Below are positions 41,901 to 43,582 of a stretch of DNA of 43,582 nucleotides, one piece after another; the first letter of the stretch is position 1, and each line of letters starts with the position of its first letter. The position numbers and the translations under genes were made by a program. A model generated the notes under the pieces. That model ran no database searches. It worked only from the letters and a program-made list of their open reading frames with translations, and was not told where the DNA came from. This stretch comes from a virus. Its lineage: Duplodnaviria; Caudoviricetes. The DNA lies in the IMG/VR virus record IMGVR_UViG_3300037760_000034, positions 1 through 43,582 of that record. One strand, 5' to 3'.

Positions 41901-43582
41901 CGGGGCTGTCCTGGTACGACGAAGCCTGGCCGCAGATCCAGCGGCTGTTCGGCAAGCACGCCGAGCTGTACGTGGACGTGCTCTCGGCGACTTCGCCCAA
42001 CACGGGGGTGAAGTCGAACGTCACCAAAGCGAACGAAGCCATGGCGCTCATCCTGTCGGGCAAGCGCAGCTTGAAGAAGCCGTTCAAGGCGACGATCACC
42101 GACGACGCTGGGAACGTCGTGAAGAAAGGCGACGGGCTACAGGCGCACACCGACAACCTGAACCGCATTCTGAAGGGTCAGCCCCTCAGCGGTCCCAAGG
42201 TCGGCCCCTTCTCGCGCGCACTCAAGAACGACCGCGACGCCGTCGTCGTGGACACCTGGATGAAGCGCGCGTTCGGCTTCGACGACGCCGCAAAGGACGG
42301 CGACATCACCTTCATCCAGCAGGCGGTGACCGGCATGGCCGAGGCGTTGGGCAAGGACGCGCGGCAGGTGCAGGCCGCGATCTGGACCGGCGCGAAGATC
42401 GTGGCCGAAGGCCCTGGCACCTTCGTCGAGGACATTCACAAGACCATCGGGCGCGCGCTCACGGACGCGGAGTCCCCACTCCACAAGATGTTCGGGCAGG
42501 AGCTGGCGCTGGCGCAGAAGAAGCTGGGCGAGGAGGGCTTCACCCGCCTCGGCACCATCGTCGTAGCGGCACGCACCGCGCTGTTCGCGGCAGTGGGCGC
42601 AGCGACGGGTGACGACGCCGAGTCCCGTGCGCGCAACATGCTCATCGCGGCCGGGCTCGGGCTCGTGGCCTCGCCGAAGCTGGCAAAGCAGATCGTCGAC
42701 CGGATGAACGACCCCGAAGTCCGCACCATGCTCAAGGATCTGATGAAAGACGAGACGGGCGCGCTCTTCCCGAAGCCGAAGCGGAAGCCGCTCGTGGTGA
42801 ACCAGGGCAACACCGGGGGCTCGAACGAAGCCCGTGCCCTGATCCGTGGCGTCAACCGCGCCCTGGAGAAGGCGCGGATGCTGGAGCGCTCGCGCGTCGT
42901 CTCCCACGAAGAGACGATCCTGGCCGCATCCCTGTCCGGGAAGTTCCGCACCGTCGAAGACGTGCTCGCTCTCGACCACACCGCCATGACGCTGAACGAA
43001 CTGGCGGCGGCGAAGGTCAACGTGAAGGCGGTGCGCGACGTGGTCACCACTGACATCATCGAGACCGCCGCGCGCGCGAAGATGCTGGACGACGAGGGCC
43101 TGATGTCCGAAGCCGTCGACAAGACGTTCCTCCTGGCGAAGGTGAACCAGAAGTGGGCAGACATGGAGACGGCGGGAGGGCGCTTCGTCGAGGCCAGCAA
43201 GATCAAGTCCCCCGCCTCGCTGGCGTCGAAGTACGACCTGGACGAGTTCGCGGGCGACATCCAGCAGATGCGCGATGCGTTGCTTGCGCGCGGGAAGGTG
43301 ACCGACCGCCAGCTCGTGGAAATGCTGACCGAGTTCGCCGACAAGGCTGCGGCGTTGAAGGTCGCCGACGTAGCGTCCCGCTGGCCCGAGGCCCTGTGGA
43401 ACATCTACTACGGCCTCAACCTCCTCGGCTCCCCCATCACGCACGCACGCAACACGCTCGGCAACATCGGCGGGCTGGGTATGGCGGTCACCGACCGTGC
43501 ATTCGGCGAGATCATCGCGCTCCCGTTCCACGCAGCGGGGAAGGGCCAGAACATGGTCCAGCCCGGCGAGACGTGGGAGCTG
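38951..43582 (+). CDS. Giant multi-domain internal virion (ejection) protein, N-terminal 1544 codons; continues at 1..1797
   Basis: AGGAG RBS, ATG at 38951; missing from the ORF track, consistent with no in-frame stop before the window end; contains ART, HDxxGH, HhH-glycosylase-like and SAM-lyase-like segments. Confidence 0.85.
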   Translation, partial: MNAEKDLLKAYQSEDDDQLMQWLMQESAIKQEAKPPKASEAPKVEPVKPVGFFNTMGQGVGGALTSAGGAVRGALGGEVPAPGAPMSDQQGPMGPDTPEQRGKPGVGPSIGRAFGSFLESAGEGFTEASTPGEEGPGLLELPGGASVPVPESLMRFPRRAIGAAQALFSWAKIPAGLAGDAMEAASAASNTDAVIDERIRQLEALPESTRETSNAGQLAFLRRWRMMPYDERQRVENESMAFAVEILSGVTPGYTLAARGGKALLTAPAKAASEAAIAARANVIKAAGESISIREAEKATRKAEAAAKPVEEGGPRGPLTLADLRHGMQPESTPGVKAGPSAPGSIPENMMTLEKLNAQQKLAMLRAEPGVQQAIDEVIPDPRTMARPGVGRTAEAADSREALRASGRTPIGGDLPSSGAPARRAVGDDQLEEIARATNEGGASFSLDEGRLRLSDEGGYYVGGQAGTVQIKGRQVTAADIADFAKANEAELAKPGAHIGAEKLPDGTVNLDVSVRLDDEASAFGMGRALKQERIWDASGNKALDVPPETSVTGHPYTSPSEPLDDQAIKMAQEYDAAVTDPAAKPAWDALARETDRMFDEIAKKVKVERVTGQPYATADEMLEDIKRGNFKVTTDNSEHPFWSVDENWKFRVVHDYLGHFDGKVDFSLKGEKDAYLHHAKHLTDPAAKDALQLEVYGQAAANVAHGGVFQPQKAYITKQPFGEIKDPSITAYHGTASQFDSYKTGAETRDGGTWFSADPETAGARAMGEAGEIAGDAPQVRPVVLRMQNIATEEEFRAARILMQGDTPMASELLKSKGYDGVVFNRPEIGPTPNYLVFDANKSANPLYGSVGQPLETALQAAERRMAERLAAIKSTLTGEAGAVDLRGSFAEGWEKNKMLWNDLVTIGAGRLWEMQSVMANKYQQWSAKMLAAYGDLIKPQLPRIFEQSQKRFDDILAKVERKMGKELPALSQVLELYHRGEAGLSWYDEAWPQIQRLFGKHAELYVDVLSATSPNTGVKSNVTKANEAMALILSGKRSLKKPFKATITDDAGNVVKKGDGLQAHTDNLNRILKGQPLSGPKVGPFSRALKNDRDAVVVDTWMKRAFGFDDAAKDGDITFIQQAVTGMAEALGKDARQVQAAIWTGAKIVAEGPGTFVEDIHKTIGRALTDAESPLHKMFGQELALAQKKLGEEGFTRLGTIVVAARTALFAAVGAATGDDAESRARNMLIAAGLGLVASPKLAKQIVDRMNDPEVRTMLKDLMKDETGALFPKPKRKPLVVNQGNTGGSNEARALIRGVNRALEKARMLERSRVVSHEETILAASLSGKFRTVEDVLALDHTAMTLNELAAAKVNVKAVRDVVTTDIIETAARAKMLDDEGLMSEAVDKTFLLAKVNQKWADMETAGGRFVEASKIKSPASLASKYDLDEFAGDIQQMRDALLARGKVTDRQLVEMLTEFADKAAALKVADVASRWPEALWNIYYGLNLLGSPITHARNTLGNIGGLGMAVTDRAFGEIIALPFHAAGKGQNMVQPGETWEL

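Noticed and set aside
39029-43531. Long minus-strand ORFs (707 aa, 464 aa and others)
   Set aside because: Antisense shadows of the giant plus-strand gene, caused by high GC3 codon bias.
1-43582. Stop-codon reassignment
   Set aside because: TAG, TGA and TAA all end well-formed genes, and core genes are uninterrupted in the standard code.

Overview
The window is most simply read as one complete, circularly permuted, GC-rich (roughly two-thirds by eye) podovirus-type phage genome. The long ORF starting at 38951 reaches the window end with no stop and continues in frame into 1..1797. There are two divergent arms around a non-coding control/packaging region (about 17470-18378). The minus-strand arm holds small early genes, a sigma-region-2-only protein, then SSB, PD-(D/E)XK nuclease, primase-helicase, RNA ligase, RuvC-like resolvase, family A DNA polymerase, metallophosphoesterase and accessory genes. 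The plus-strand arm holds terminases, tRNA-His, T7/BPP-1-like head and tail genes, three ejection proteins and lysis genes. I recognise no integrase, repressor or single-subunit RNA polymerase. The strongest new signal is a candidate transcription switch: a 108-aa ECF-like sigma domain 2 with no domain 4 ends the early operon, followed by a terminator. A 19-bp motif, TCGCGGCGTATAGnAGTGA, occurs three times, at the head of the replication operon, the polymerase gene and the late arm. A second highlight is a roughly 2140-aa ejection protein carrying four tandem enzyme-like domains. All family assignments are by eye from motifs; no searches were run.
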